DNA of 64,000 bases from an uncultured Verrucomicrobiota bacterium (lineage in GTDB: Bacteria > Verrucomicrobiota > Verrucomicrobiia > Palsa-1439): contig CAINDI010000069.1 in NCBI GenBank assembly GCA_903847335.1, positions 1,677 to 65,676 of the forward strand, in the 5' to 3' direction. Below are positions 1 to 9,934 of this stretch, one piece after another. Positions within the stretch are counted from its first letter, which is position 1. The number at the start of each line of letters is the position of its first letter. The translations under genes and the position numbers were made by a program. The notes under the pieces are model-generated. The model was given only the letters and a program-made list of their open reading frames with translations, did not search any database and was not told where the DNA came from.

Positions 1-5
1 CGATA

Positions 6-566
6 ATGAAGCGTGAATCACGCAAACGAATGTTGGCGCACTTAGCCGAATTAGATATCGGTACAGTCCACCGGCATAGTCTTGCTGTCGCAAAACAACT
101 AGCAACAGTACCGGCGTTTATCAAAGCGAAATCGTTGGTGGTGTATGTTTCGTTCGGCAGTGAAATCGAAACGCATGTTCTCATTCGTCAGTTACTAACG
201 GAAGGCCGGCATGTTTGTGTGCCGGCGTTTCAGAATGGTAAATATTTTGCAGCGGAGATTGAGGATTTCGACCGGGATTTAATTACCGGTAAATTAAACA
301 TTCTCGAGCCCAAGCTTCTGCGTCACGTGCCGGTGGCTCGACCGGAGGTGTGGCTCGTGCCAGGATTGGCGTTTGACCGAAAGGGGAATCGACTAGGACG
401 AGGGAAAGGTTACTTCGACGCTTTGCTCCAACATGCGCCCGGCATTAAAATCGCGCTGACGCACGATTCCCAGTTATTGAACGAAGTTCCAGTTGAACCG
501 CACGACGTGCGAATGGACTTCATTGTCACCGAAAACCAAGTTGTTCAAATTCACCAGAAATCATGA
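6..566 (+). CDS. 5-formyltetrahydrofolate cyclo-ligase (MTHFS)
   Basis: 186 aa; C-terminal motif GLAFDRKGNRLGRGKGYFD typical of MTHFS family; stop overlaps next start (ATGA). Confidence 0.8.
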   Translation: MKRESRKRMLAHLAELDIGTVHRHSLAVAKQLATVPAFIKAKSLVVYVSFGSEIETHVLIRQLLTEGRHVCVPAFQNGKYFAAEIEDFDRDLITGKLNILEPKLLRHVPVARPEVWLVPGLAFDRKGNRLGRGKGYFDALLQHAPGIKIALTHDSQLLNEVPVEPHDVRMDFIVTENQVVQIHQKS

Positions 567-2008
567 TTCCAATTATTATTAGCCTAATTGCTGGCATACT
601 CATTGGTTGGGCGATTCAGCGACTCCGGGCGCAAGATCAACTTTTGAAATTACGCGAGGAGTTTGACCGGGAAACTGCAACGCGACGACACGAATTGGCT
701 GAGTCTGAAAAACGTTTACTGCAACGCGAGAACAATCTCGACCGGAAGGTTGAGTTGCTTGACCATAAAACTGAGAACGTCGCAAAGAAGGAAGTTGGCG
801 TTATTGAACGCGAAAAGGAACTCCACAAGCTGCATGGTGAGCTCGATACATTAAAGCACCGCTCGCAAGTAGAACTTCAGCGGCAAGCGGGATTGACCGG
901 TGAGCAAGCAAAGGCGCTATTACTTCAGCGCACCGAGGAGGAAGCGCGTGACGATGCTGGCGCATTAACCCATCGGATTCTTGACGACGCCAAGACCAAT
1001 GCTGACCGGGAAGCGCGTCGCATGATTAGCATCGCTGTTGAACGGTGTGCGGCGAGTCATATCCAGACGGCAACGAGTTGCACCGTCACATTGCAAAGCG
1101 AGGATATGAAAGGCCGCATCATCGGTCGGGAAGGCCGTAATATTCGCTCATTTGAAGCCGCGACCGGCGTTAACGTTGTAATTGATGACACACCGCTGGT
1201 AGTCGCGCTTAGTGGTTTTGATCCTGTGCGACGGGAAGTGGCGCGCCAAACTCTTGAACGCTTGATCGCTGATGGTCGCATCAATCCCGCACGGATCGAG
1301 GAAGAAGCGGGCAAAGTACGTGAAGAGCTAGAAGCGTCCATTGTAAAGTCCGGTGAGGAAGCGGTTTTTCGTCTCGGTATTCCGAAAGTTCATCCGGAGC
1401 TAATCAAACTTTTGGGGCGATTGAAATTCCGGCACAGCTTTGCACAAAATGTTCTCGACCATTCAATTGAGGTTGCCACGCTGGAAGGAATGCTGGCCGC
1501 CGAAATCGGCTTGAGTCAGCCGCTTGCCAAACGCGTTGGACTTTTCCATGATATTGGCAAGGCGGTGGATCACGATGTGGAAGGTTCACATGCGGCTATC
1601 GGCGCGGAATTACTTCGCAAATACGGTGAACCGGAGGAAGTTTATCAAGGCGTCGCCTCACATCACCACGAAGCCGAGCCGGTCACTATCTACGGCATTC
1701 TTGCCAGTGCCGCCGACGCCATCAGCGCCTCCCGGCCCGGCGCACGCAGTGAAAGTATGGAGCTTTACCTACAACGTCTCGAAAAATTGGAAACTGTTGC
1801 CAACAACTTTGCTGGTGTAGAAAAAAGCTATGCGCTCCAAGCTGGTCGTGAGATTCGTGTTTTCGTCGAACCCAGCCGCATCAATGACACCGAAGCGATG
1901 ATTCTTGCGCGCAACATCAGCCGGAAAGTCGAACAAGAATTGCAATACCCCGGTCAAATCAAAGTGACTGTTATTCGTGAAACTCGTTGTGTAGAGTATG
2001 CCAAATGA
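563..2008 (+). CDS. rny: ribonuclease Y
   Basis: 481 aa; N-terminal TM helix, coiled-coil region, KH domain (GRIIGREGRNIRSFE), HD domain (HDIGK, HHHE); canonical RNase Y architecture. Confidence 0.85.
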   Translation: MIPIIISLIAGILIGWAIQRLRAQDQLLKLREEFDRETATRRHELAESEKRLLQRENNLDRKVELLDHKTENVAKKEVGVIEREKELHKLHGELDTLKHRSQVELQRQAGLTGEQAKALLLQRTEEEARDDAGALTHRILDDAKTNADREARRMISIAVERCAASHIQTATSCTVTLQSEDMKGRIIGREGRNIRSFEAATGVNVVIDDTPLVVALSGFDPVRREVARQTLERLIADGRINPARIEEEAGKVREELEASIVKSGEEAVFRLGIPKVHPELIKLLGRLKFRHSFAQNVLDHSIEVATLEGMLAAEIGLSQPLAKRVGLFHDIGKAVDHDVEGSHAAIGAELLRKYGEPEEVYQGVASHHHEAEPVTIYGILASAADAISASRPGARSESMELYLQRLEKLETVANNFAGVEKSYALQAGREIRVFVEPSRINDTEAMILARNISRKVEQELQYPGQIKVTVIRETRCVEYAK

Positions 2009-2790
2009 ACATTCTTTTTATCGGTGACATCGTCGGAAAACCGGGACGACAAGCGGTGGCGGCATTACTGCCAAGTCTCAAACGCGAACACCATCTCGAC
2101 TGCGTTATCGCTAATGGTGAAAATGCCGCGCATGGCTCTGGCATGACAACGGCGACGGCTAAGGAGTTATTAGCAGCCGGCATAGATGTGATTACCACCG
2201 GTGATCATGTTTGGGATCAAAAAGGATTTGAAGAGGAGATTGAAAATCTGCCACAAGTCATTCGCCCAGCAAATATGGCAACGTCTGCACCCGGGCGCGG
2301 TTCGGTAGTGATTAACATCGGTGACAAAGCGCGCGTCGGTGTGTTGAATTTGCAAGGCCGGGTGTTTATGCCGGCGACCGATTGCCCGTTTCGAGCCGCG
2401 CAAACTGAAGTGGCGAAACTGCGCCGGCAAACAAACATGATCGTCGTTGATTTGCATGCGGAAGCGACCAGCGAAAAGATTGCGATGGGGCGCTATCTTG
2501 ATGGTCAAGTTAGTCTTGTCGTCGGCACACACACGCATGTTCAAACTGCTGATGAACAAATCCTGCCGAAAGGAACAGCGTATCTTACCGACGCTGGTAT
2601 GTGTGGACCGCATGACTCGGTACTGGGACGTGATGTCAACATGGTGATTCGTAAGTTTGTCTCCGGGATGCCGCAACGCCTCGAAGTCGCCACCGGTAAG
2701 GTTGAATTATGCGGTGTGGTAGTGGAGATGGATGAGCTTACTGGGTTAGCGCAAAAGATTATTCGAGTTCGGATACCCTACGCACTATGA
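2005..2790 (+). CDS. YmdB-like metallophosphoesterase (TIGR00282 family, 2',3'-cyclic nucleotide phosphodiesterase-like)
   Basis: N-terminus MNILFIGDIVGKPGR and GENAAHGSGMT motifs; conserved rny-ymdB gene pair; ATG at 2005 overlaps rny stop (ATGA); the ORF track start at 1987 is a TTG. Confidence 0.8.
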   Translation: MNILFIGDIVGKPGRQAVAALLPSLKREHHLDCVIANGENAAHGSGMTTATAKELLAAGIDVITTGDHVWDQKGFEEEIENLPQVIRPANMATSAPGRGSVVINIGDKARVGVLNLQGRVFMPATDCPFRAAQTEVAKLRRQTNMIVVDLHAEATSEKIAMGRYLDGQVSLVVGTHTHVQTADEQILPKGTAYLTDAGMCGPHDSVLGRDVNMVIRKFVSGMPQRLEVATGKVELCGVVVEMDELTGLAQKIIRVRIPYAL

Positions 2791-3905
2791 GGCTGCACGC
2801 AAAGTGGGTGTTGCCGATTGATGCGCCGCCGATTGAGAATGGCGTCGTCGAAATTACCGGCGACACCATTACTGCGGTTGGCCAACTCGCCGGGCCGAAC
2901 CGTGATCTTGGCGATGTGGTGTTCTTACCAGGATTGATTAACGCGCATTGCCACTTTGATTACACGCAAATAGCGGTGCCGTACCGGGAAAGTTTCACGG
3001 AATGGATTCGTGACATTGTCGCCGAAAAAGCAAAGCAGACACCCGCCGATTATCTGGCTGGGATTCAAGCTGGAATGAAACTGGCGCTACACGCCGGCAC
3101 CACGACGGTGGTGAATATTGAATGTTTTCCAGGATTAATTCCACAGTTACCGGCATCACCCTTGCGAGTGATTTGGTGTCCAGAGTTGATTGATCTGGTC
3201 AAGCGACCAGAGTTACCGGCTGATGGTATGGGGTTATCGCCGCATGCGCCGTACACCGCGAGTGCGGAACTTTACCGGCGCTGCGCGCAGTCGAGACGGT
3301 TCATCACCACGCATGTTGCGGAAAGCATCGAGGAAGATGAAATGTTCCGGCAGGGCAGAGGAAAGTTGTATGACGCGTTCCGACAACGCGGACGCGATAT
3401 GTCGGACTGCGGACGGATCGGTCCGGTCGAACTGCTGCACAGCTACGGCGTGTTGGGTGGGAATTGTTTGGCAGCGCATGCGAATTGCTTGACGGCTGAG
3501 GATGTGCGATTACTCGCGGAGACGGGAACGAGTGTGGTCCATTGTCCGAAGACGCACCGGTATTTCCAGCGCGCACCGGCTCCAGTGGCGGCATTGCTAG
3601 CGGCCGGCGTAAATGTTTGTTTAGGAACCGACAGTTTGGCCAGTAATGACACACTCAATATGTTTGCCGAAATGCGTGAACTGGCGCGAGGATTTCCGGA
3701 TTTGTTACCAGCGCAGATTGTTGCGATGACAACCGCCAATGCAGCAAAAGCTTTGAATCAATCCGATCGTCTTGGCAGGATTGCGGAAGGATCAGTTGCT
3801 GACTTGATCGCTGTACCGATGGATGGCCATGCCGATCCTTACGAGGCGGTTGTGTTGGCAGAGAAACCAGTCGCGTTTATGATGCTTAACGGATGTCAAA
3901 TCTGA
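2787..3905 (+). CDS. amidohydrolase-family deaminase/chlorohydrolase (MTA/SAH- or aminofutalosine-deaminase-like)
   Basis: 372 aa; metal-binding HxH motif (LINAHCHFDYT); chlorohydrolase-like N-terminus; exact substrate cannot be read from sequence. Confidence 0.55.
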   Translation: MRLHAKWVLPIDAPPIENGVVEITGDTITAVGQLAGPNRDLGDVVFLPGLINAHCHFDYTQIAVPYRESFTEWIRDIVAEKAKQTPADYLAGIQAGMKLALHAGTTTVVNIECFPGLIPQLPASPLRVIWCPELIDLVKRPELPADGMGLSPHAPYTASAELYRRCAQSRRFITTHVAESIEEDEMFRQGRGKLYDAFRQRGRDMSDCGRIGPVELLHSYGVLGGNCLAAHANCLTAEDVRLLAETGTSVVHCPKTHRYFQRAPAPVAALLAAGVNVCLGTDSLASNDTLNMFAEMRELARGFPDLLPAQIVAMTTANAAKALNQSDRLGRIAEGSVADLIAVPMDGHADPYEAVVLAEKPVAFMMLNGCQI

Positions 3906-5026
3906 ACGACCAACTTAGTGCCGATCTGGAGCAACTTCGTGTCGCCGGCCTTTACCGGCAATTTCGCGACATTGCCGGTGCGCAAGGCCCGCGTGTGAAC
4001 ATTGGCAGGCGCGAACTACTTAACTTTTCGAGTAATGATTATCTTGGACTCGCAAACGAGCCGCTGCTGAAACGCGCTGCAACCGACGCCATCACTCGCT
4101 GGGGTGTTGGTGCCGGTGCATCCCGGTTTGTCTGCGGCAATTTGGAACCGTACCTGTTGTTGGAGGAGAAACTCGCCTGTTTCAAAAACAAAGAAGCCGC
4201 GCTTGTCTTTGGCTCCGGTTACGCGGCGAATGTCGGCACGATTACTGCGCTCGCCGGTGACGATGATATTTTGATTCTCGATAAACTTGATCACGCCAGC
4301 ATCATTGACGGTGCCCGACAGAGCGGCGCAGCGATTCGAGTTTATCCACATCGCAATCTCCGGAAGCTCGAAGAAATCCTCCAGCAATCCCAATCATACC
4401 GGCGGCGATTAATCATTACCGAAACTGTTTTCTCAATGGATGGCAATCTTGCGCCGTTAGCGGAGATTGTCGAGCTCAAGGAAAAGTATGCAGCATGGTT
4501 GATGATTGATGAAGCGCATGCCACCGGTCTGTTTGGAAAATACCAACGCGGACTAGCCGAGCAACTTGGGGTGGAAAATAAAATCGAAATTACGCTAGGA
4601 ACATTGAGCAAGGCGTTGGGTTGCGCCGGCGGATTTGTCGTCGGTTCGCAGACCTTAATTGATTTACTCCGCAATCGAGCACGCAGTTTGATTTATTCGA
4701 CGGCATTACCGCCTTCCGTCTGTGCTGCGGCAGCAACGGCAGTGAGCTTTGTAACGAGCGAAGCCGGCGCAGAACGTTGTGAGCGACTGTGGGACAATGT
4801 CCGTACGCTGGGCGCACAAAGCCCGATTCATCCGGTCATTGTCGGTGATGAAAGGGCTGCGATGGAGTTAGCCGGTAAGCTATTTGATGCCGGTATTTTT
4901 GTACCGGCAATCCGGTATCCTACGGTTCCAAAAGGGAAAGCCCGGTTGCGTGTCACCGTTTCAGCAGCGCACACGGTAGCCGATGTTCAACAATTTCTGA
5001 AGGTTTATGCAACACTCACTCGCTGA
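3893..5026 (+). CDS. bioF: 8-amino-7-oxononanoate synthase (PLP-dependent, AONS/KBL family)
   Basis: 377 aa class-II aminotransferase-fold acyl-CoA:amino acid C-acyltransferase; directly followed by, and overlapping, bioA. Confidence 0.75.
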   Translation: MSNLNDQLSADLEQLRVAGLYRQFRDIAGAQGPRVNIGRRELLNFSSNDYLGLANEPLLKRAATDAITRWGVGAGASRFVCGNLEPYLLLEEKLACFKNKEAALVFGSGYAANVGTITALAGDDDILILDKLDHASIIDGARQSGAAIRVYPHRNLRKLEEILQQSQSYRRRLIITETVFSMDGNLAPLAEIVELKEKYAAWLMIDEAHATGLFGKYQRGLAEQLGVENKIEITLGTLSKALGCAGGFVVGSQTLIDLLRNRARSLIYSTALPPSVCAAAATAVSFVTSEAGAERCERLWDNVRTLGAQSPIHPVIVGDERAAMELAGKLFDAGIFVPAIRYPTVPKGKARLRVTVSAAHTVADVQQFLKVYATLTR

Positions 5027-6251
5027 CGCCGACCACCGGTATCTTTGGCATCCATTTACGCAGATGAAACAATGGGTGGCTGAGGAACCGGTCATTATTG
5101 AAGCGGGACAGGGAGCTGTGCTACGCGACGTGACCGGCAAGGAATACATCGACGCAAATTCTTCCATCTGGACAAATCTCCATGGCCACCGGCATCCAAA
5201 AATCACGCAAGCGATTAAAGATCAACTTGACCGGATTGCGCATTCATCATTTCTCGGTTTGTCGAATGTGCCAGCCATCGAACTAGCAGAACGATTGAGC
5301 AAGTTAACCGGTTTACCTCGGGTATTTTATTCCGATGACGGTTCGACAGCGATGGAAGTTGCCATCAAAATGACGCTGCAATACTGGCAACATCGCAACC
5401 AACCACACCGGAAGAAGTTCATCGCATTTACTGATGCTTACCACGGCGATACCATTGGCGCGGTGAGTATTGGTGGTATTCAGCTATTTCATCAGACATT
5501 TCAACCGCTAACGTTTGAAGTTTTACGCGCCGGTAATATTGCAGAACTAAAAAAACTTTTATCCGATGAGATTGCCGGTGTTTGCATTGAGCCGTTAATT
5601 CAAGGCGCAGCCGGAATGCGACTCTGGCCATCTGGAATGTTGCGTGCGGTTCGACAGCTTTGCAGTCACACCTTACTAATTGCTGACGAGGTCATGACCG
5701 GTTTCGGACGGACCGGTAAGATGTTCGCCTGCGAACACGAAGGTGTGAAGCCTGACCTGATGGCAGTGGCAAAAGGTATCACCGGCGGCTATCTGCCATT
5801 GGCGGCAACGTTGGCGACTGAGGAAATCTTCAATGCGTTTCTCGGCGAGTACACGGAGTTTAAGACTTTTTTTCACGGCCACAGTTACACCGGCAATCAA
5901 CTCGGCTGTGCAGCGGCATTGGCAAATCTCCAGGTGTTTGAGGATGAAAACGTGCTGAAAAAACTACAAGCCAAGATTGGCGATTTGCAATCCCGATTGG
6001 CGATGTGCCGACGACTACCGGGTGTCGTGGATGCCCGACAATGCGGCTTCATTGGTGCGATTGAAGTTGGCCCTTACCGGGTGGAAGAACAAATGGGGGT
6101 TAAGATATGCCGATTGATGAGCGAGCGGGGAGTACTGACTCGTCCGATTGGTAATGTCATTGTCATCATGCCGCCGTATTGCATCACCGGCGAGCAATTG
6201 GATAAAATCTTTGACGCGCTTGCGCAGTCGCTAGTCACAATTATTACTTAA
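5007..6251 (+). CDS. bioA: adenosylmethionine-8-amino-7-oxononanoate aminotransferase
   Basis: 414 aa; N-terminal [11 protein letters not shown] motif typical of BioA; class-III aminotransferase. Confidence 0.85.
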   Translation: MQHSLADADHRYLWHPFTQMKQWVAEEPVIIEAGQGAVLRDVTGKEYIDANSSIWTNLHGHRHPKITQAIKDQLDRIAHSSFLGLSNVPAIELAERLSKLTGLPRVFYSDDGSTAMEVAIKMTLQYWQHRNQPHRKKFIAFTDAYHGDTIGAVSIGGIQLFHQTFQPLTFEVLRAGNIAELKKLLSDEIAGVCIEPLIQGAAGMRLWPSGMLRAVRQLCSHTLLIADEVMTGFGRTGKMFACEHEGVKPDLMAVAKGITGGYLPLAATLATEEIFNAFLGEYTEFKTFFHGHSYTGNQLGCAAALANLQVFEDENVLKKLQAKIGDLQSRLAMCRRLPGVVDARQCGFIGAIEVGPYRVEEQMGVKICRLMSERGVLTRPIGNVIVIMPPYCITGEQLDKIFDALAQSLVTIIT

Positions 6252-7059
6252 ATAGATGGCGTAGAACTCGAAGATTTTCGACATCTTCGAGTAAATCTGG
6301 ACCTTTCGGAGTTTCTAAGACCATCAACAAATTACTCCATCGCTCGTCACGGAGTACATTCCGAAAAGCCGGTAAGCCAATACAACCTTTGCCAATTTGC
6401 TCATGCCGATCGACGCGTGAGCCGAGTGGTTTTTTTGAGTCATTAAGGTGAAATGCCACAATGCGGTTGCAGCCGAAAGTTTGCTCCATTTCGGAAACAG
6501 TTAACCGATAACCTTTCATGGTACGAATGTCATAACCGGCAGCGAAAATGTGGCACGTATCTACGCAAACAGCCAAACGCGACGGATGTTTTGAGAGTTC
6601 AATAATGTTCGCTATTTCTTCAAATCGGTGTCCAAGACAGGAACCTTGTCCGGCGGTGGTTTCCAAAGCAATTTTAACCGGACTATGTTTTGTAGCGGCG
6701 AACACCTCATCAAGACTTTGGGTTGCGTCGTGCATATTTCCTTGTGCGCCGGGATGCAAAACAATGAATGGAAGTCCTAGCACCGTGGCACGATTAATTT
6801 CGTCGATGAGAGCGATAATCGACTTACGGCGAAACACTGGATTCATCGAGGCCGGATTGATTAGGTACGAACTATGCGCAAATGCCAGTAGGTTATGCTG
6901 ACGGAAGCGAGCAATCTCATCGGTTGCGAGTGGCTTACCGGCCCATTGCATATTATTTTTCAGAAAAATCTGGACAACCTCACAGCCAATGGACGCGCCG
7001 CGTTCAAGCGCGCGGTCAACTCCGCCGGTAATTGACATATGAGCACCCAGTCTTGGCAT
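6244..7059 (-). CDS. nfo: endonuclease IV (AP endonuclease, xylose-isomerase-like TIM barrel)
   Basis: ORF 6244-7140; likely true start at the internal Met (MPRLGAHMSITGG aligns with the E. coli Nfo N-terminus MKYIGAHVSAAGG); reading the plus strand gives CAT at 7057-7059. Confidence 0.8.
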   Translation of the reverse strand: MPRLGAHMSITGGVDRALERGASIGCEVVQIFLKNNMQWAGKPLATDEIARFRQHNLLAFAHSSYLINPASMNPVFRRKSIIALIDEINRATVLGLPFIVLHPGAQGNMHDATQSLDEVFAATKHSPVKIALETTAGQGSCLGHRFEEIANIIELSKHPSRLAVCVDTCHIFAAGYDIRTMKGYRLTVSEMEQTFGCNRIVAFHLNDSKKPLGSRVDRHEQIGKGCIGLPAFRNVLRDERWSNLLMVLETPKGPDLLEDVENLRVLRHLFK

Positions 7060-7097
7060 GGCTTGATTATCTAAGAAAGCAGTGGTAAAAACCAGAT

Positions 7098-7835
7098 ATG
7101 AAAAAACTTCTTTTCGGAATCCTAATTGCGTTAGTCGCACTGCTAGTGATTGGCGTTCTCTCTCGGAACTTTATTGCCCGCAAGTCGGTTGAGGTGGGCG
7201 TCAGAGAGCTTACCGGGTTTCCATTGGAAATTGGCGCAGTTCAGGTTGGTTTGTTTAACAGCCAATTTGAAGTGCATGACCTCAAGCTCATGAACCCATC
7301 AGAGTTCGAAGATAGCCGGTTTGTGGATTTGCCGCTGTTCCATGTGAGCTACGATTTAAGTTCAATGCTTCACGGAGTTCCGCATATCAAGGAATTGGTG
7401 GTCAACATCAAAGAAGTGGTAGTTGTAAAAAATTCGAAAGGTCAATCGAATGCGAATGTCATTCAAGACAAGTTAGCACCGGCGAGTAGCTCGACAGGGA
7501 AAGATTCTCAGTCGGCCACTCCTGCAAAAAAGGCGTCTTACCGGGTGGATCTAATGCGCATTCATATCGGAACTATTGTGCTGAAGGATTTCTCCAAAGG
7601 TGGTCAGCCGACGGAACGAAAAATTAATCTCAATCGCGATGTAACGTTTGAAAACATTTCAGAATCAACGAGCGTTTCAGCATTGGTGATGAAAGTTGTT
7701 TTTGGTCAGTTAGGCGACGTGGCTGGTGGACTTATCAAGGGTGGCGCTGCTGCTGTCAAAGATGTCGGTCAGACATTACAGAAGACCGGCAAAGGTTTAT
7801 TCGATAACCTGAAGAAAGTTGTCCCACAGCAATAG
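7098..7835 (+). CDS. hypothetical membrane-anchored protein
   Basis: 245 aa; N-terminal TM helix (LLFGILIALVALLVIGVL), no recognisable catalytic motifs; divergent from nfo. Confidence 0.4.
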   Translation: MKKLLFGILIALVALLVIGVLSRNFIARKSVEVGVRELTGFPLEIGAVQVGLFNSQFEVHDLKLMNPSEFEDSRFVDLPLFHVSYDLSSMLHGVPHIKELVVNIKEVVVVKNSKGQSNANVIQDKLAPASSSTGKDSQSATPAKKASYRVDLMRIHIGTIVLKDFSKGGQPTERKINLNRDVTFENISESTSVSALVMKVVFGQLGDVAGGLIKGGAAAVKDVGQTLQKTGKGLFDNLKKVVPQQ

Positions 7836-7840
7836 GCTGG

Positions 7841-8296
7841 TCAAAAATCACGAACTTGCCGGAGCGCTTCGTAGAGGACAATGGCAACGCAGTTGGATAA
7901 ATTTAAGCTCCGTGTCTGGGGATTAAACTGTGGAATTGCGACGACTGAATCCCGGTATCTTTCCAATAACGAGACCGGCAAGCCTGCTGACTCTCGACCA
8001 AAAACCAGGTAATCACCGGCGCGATATTGCACCCCGGTATAAAGCCGTTCAGTTTTATTCTCGACGAGAAAGACTTGAGCTGTGGTCGGTATTTTTGAGT
8101 TTAGCTCTTCCCATGACTTCCAAGACTTCCAGATGACGTACTGCCAATAATCCATTCCCGCGCGTTTTAGTTCCCGGTCATCGAGACGGAACCCCAGAGG
8201 TCCAACTAAATGCAACATCGATCCGGTCGCAGCACATAGTCGCGCCACGTTGCCGGTGTTCGGAGGAATTTCTGGTTCAACAAGGACGATATTCAT
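7841..8296 (-). CDS. trmL: tRNA (cytidine/uridine-2'-O)-methyltransferase TrmL (SpoU family)
   Basis: 151 aa; near-identical motif run with E. coli TrmL (MNIVLVEPEIPPNTGN...LCA.TG, SLNLSN..AIVLYEA). Confidence 0.85.
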   Translation of the reverse strand: MNIVLVEPEIPPNTGNVARLCAATGSMLHLVGPLGFRLDDRELKRAGMDYWQYVIWKSWKSWEELNSKIPTTAQVFLVENKTERLYTGVQYRAGDYLVFGRESAGLPVSLLERYRDSVVAIPQFNPQTRSLNLSNCVAIVLYEALRQVRDF

Positions 8297-8330
8297 TAAA
8301 AATTAAGGGCGGGAACTCTTGTTCCCGCCC
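8297..8330 (-). terminator. rho-independent terminator downstream of sod
   Basis: perfect inverted repeat GGGCGGGAAC-tctt-GTTCCCGCCC at 8307-8330, followed on the minus strand by a T-rich run (TTAATTTTTAA). Confidence 0.6.
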
Positions 8331-8350
8331 TGGTGTTAGTTCGTTTTTTC

Positions 8351-8938
8351 CTACTTTGCTTTCGCTAAACGAGCCGCGACAGCATCCCAGTTGATAACAT
8401 TCCACCACGAGCCGACGTAGTCAGCCCGGCGGTTCTGATATTTGAGATAGTAGGCGTGCTCCCAAACATCACAAGTCAAGAGAGGCACATCACCGGCGGT
8501 CAATGGATTTGCAGCGTTACCGGTTTGAACAACCGCTAATGTGCCCTCTTTCTTTTTAACCAACCAGCCCCACCCAGAACCGAATTGCGTTACCGAAATT
8601 TTGGAAAGCTGATCTTTGAAACCAGCAAAATTTCCAAATGATTTTTCGATGGCGGCAAGTAATTCGCCCTTGGGTTCACCGCCACCGTTCGACTTCATGC
8701 TTTCCCAGTAGAAAGTGTGATTCCAGACTTGAGCAGCATTGTTAAATACCGGCCCCTGAGCCTTCAGGATAATTTGCTCTAACGATGCATCGGCAAATTC
8801 CGTACTGGGCACAAGTTTGTTGAGATTGTCGGCGTAGGTTTGGTGGTGTTTACCGTAGTGAATACTGATGGTAGTCGCATCAATATGTGGCTCAAGTGCG
8901 TCGAGTGAGTAGGGGAGTCTTGGGAGTTGATGAGTCAT
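8351..8938 (-). CDS. sod: Fe/Mn superoxide dismutase
   Basis: 195 aa; MTHQLPRLPYSLDALEPHIDATTISIHYGKHHQTY and DVWEHAYYL motifs. Confidence 0.9.
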   Translation of the reverse strand: MTHQLPRLPYSLDALEPHIDATTISIHYGKHHQTYADNLNKLVPSTEFADASLEQIILKAQGPVFNNAAQVWNHTFYWESMKSNGGGEPKGELLAAIEKSFGNFAGFKDQLSKISVTQFGSGWGWLVKKKEGTLAVVQTGNAANPLTAGDVPLLTCDVWEHAYYLKYQNRRADYVGSWWNVINWDAVAARLAKAK

Positions 8939-9004
8939 TTTGAGTTCCTTTCGTTTGTTTGATATGTCAACCGGCGGTCAACGTAGACCGACAATGCCCA
9001 CTTG

Positions 9005-9742
9005 TCAACGCGCGGCCTTGCTATACCAATGTTCACAATATTTCTTGTCGCGAATTTTCTTCTGCAATCCAAATCCGAAGCCAATTAGCTTGGCGAGCAT
9101 TTCCCACAATGGGGTCTGGTCAAGTTTGCGCGTCGAGGTGATAATCCAGCCTTTATGAAGTAGCTCAAACTTTTGCCCGCGCGGCCGGCCGATTTTCTTG
9201 AGCGCATAGGCTAATTGTACATCTTCCGCGGCAAAAATCGTTTCATCAAATCCACCGAACGCCTCGAAATCAACCTTTCGGCAATGCATCATGCCGACAC
9301 CGACCCGACTGCACCACACATAAATACCCCAGAGCAGAAAAAAGAATCTAACCTTTAAACTTCGCGTTGCCGGTTCAATCCATGTCCCGCCGCCAACAAT
9401 TCGCGAATCTTCAAGGTGGTCATGGATGAGAACGAGTAAGTTTTCGGTGACTTCATTGTCTGCATCACAAAAGGCAAGATATTTACCGGTAGCCGCTTTC
9501 ACACCGGTATTACGAGCTTTACCAATGTTATTGACCGGTTCAAAAACCACCGTTGCACCACCTTGTTGAGCAATTGCACCGGTGCGGTCAGAACTATTAT
9601 TGTCGACGACGAGAATCTCGGCAATCGCACCACGTTCGCACTCATATACCGCCATCGCACGCCGCAAAGAAGCAATTGTACGACTGATCAACCTTTCTTC
9701 GTTCCAAGCCGGAATGATTACCGACAAAGTCACATTGCTCAT
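9005..9742 (-). CDS. family 2 glycosyltransferase
   Basis: 245 aa; LSVIIPAWNEE plus DNNSSD (DxD-like) GT-A motifs. Confidence 0.7.
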   Translation of the reverse strand: MSNVTLSVIIPAWNEERLISRTIASLRRAMAVYECERGAIAEILVVDNNSSDRTGAIAQQGGATVVFEPVNNIGKARNTGVKAATGKYLAFCDADNEVTENLLVLIHDHLEDSRIVGGGTWIEPATRSLKVRFFFLLWGIYVWCSRVGVGMMHCRKVDFEAFGGFDETIFAAEDVQLAYALKKIGRPRGQKFELLHKGWIITSTRKLDQTPLWEMLAKLIGFGFGLQKKIRDKKYCEHWYSKAAR

Positions 9743-9757
9743 TTGAAAATTTGTAAC

Positions 9758-9934
9758 TTACTTCTCGCTCGTCGGCCGTTCCGCCTCATCAATCAGCATG
9801 ACCGGAATGCCGTCACGAATCGGATAACGCAACCCGCACTGTGGATTAGTGCAAATAATCCAGTCTCCTTCGAGTTTTACCTCGGTCTTGCATTTCGGAC
9901 AGGCAAGAATTTCGAGCAATTCTTTATCAATCAT
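9758..9934 (-). CDS. Trm112/UPF0434-family small protein (58 aa)
   Basis: Not in the ORF track (<60 aa). My translation is MIDKELLEILACPKCKTEVKLEGDWIICTNPQCGLRYPIRDGIPVMLIDEAERPTSEK; it shows the CPxC...C Trm112 zinc-ribbon signature; start overlaps the larC stop (ATGA). Confidence 0.6.
   Translation of the reverse strand: MIDKELLEILACPKCKTEVKLEGDWIICTNPQCGLRYPIRDGIPVMLIDEAERPTSEK

Noticed and set aside
600-2200. Multiple 60-125-aa ORFs antisense or out-of-frame to rny and ymdB (e.g. 600-785, 637-828, 1057-1341, 1971-2198)
   Set aside because: They lie entirely inside strongly conserved genes and have no motifs. They are typical shadow ORFs of GC-rich coding sequence.
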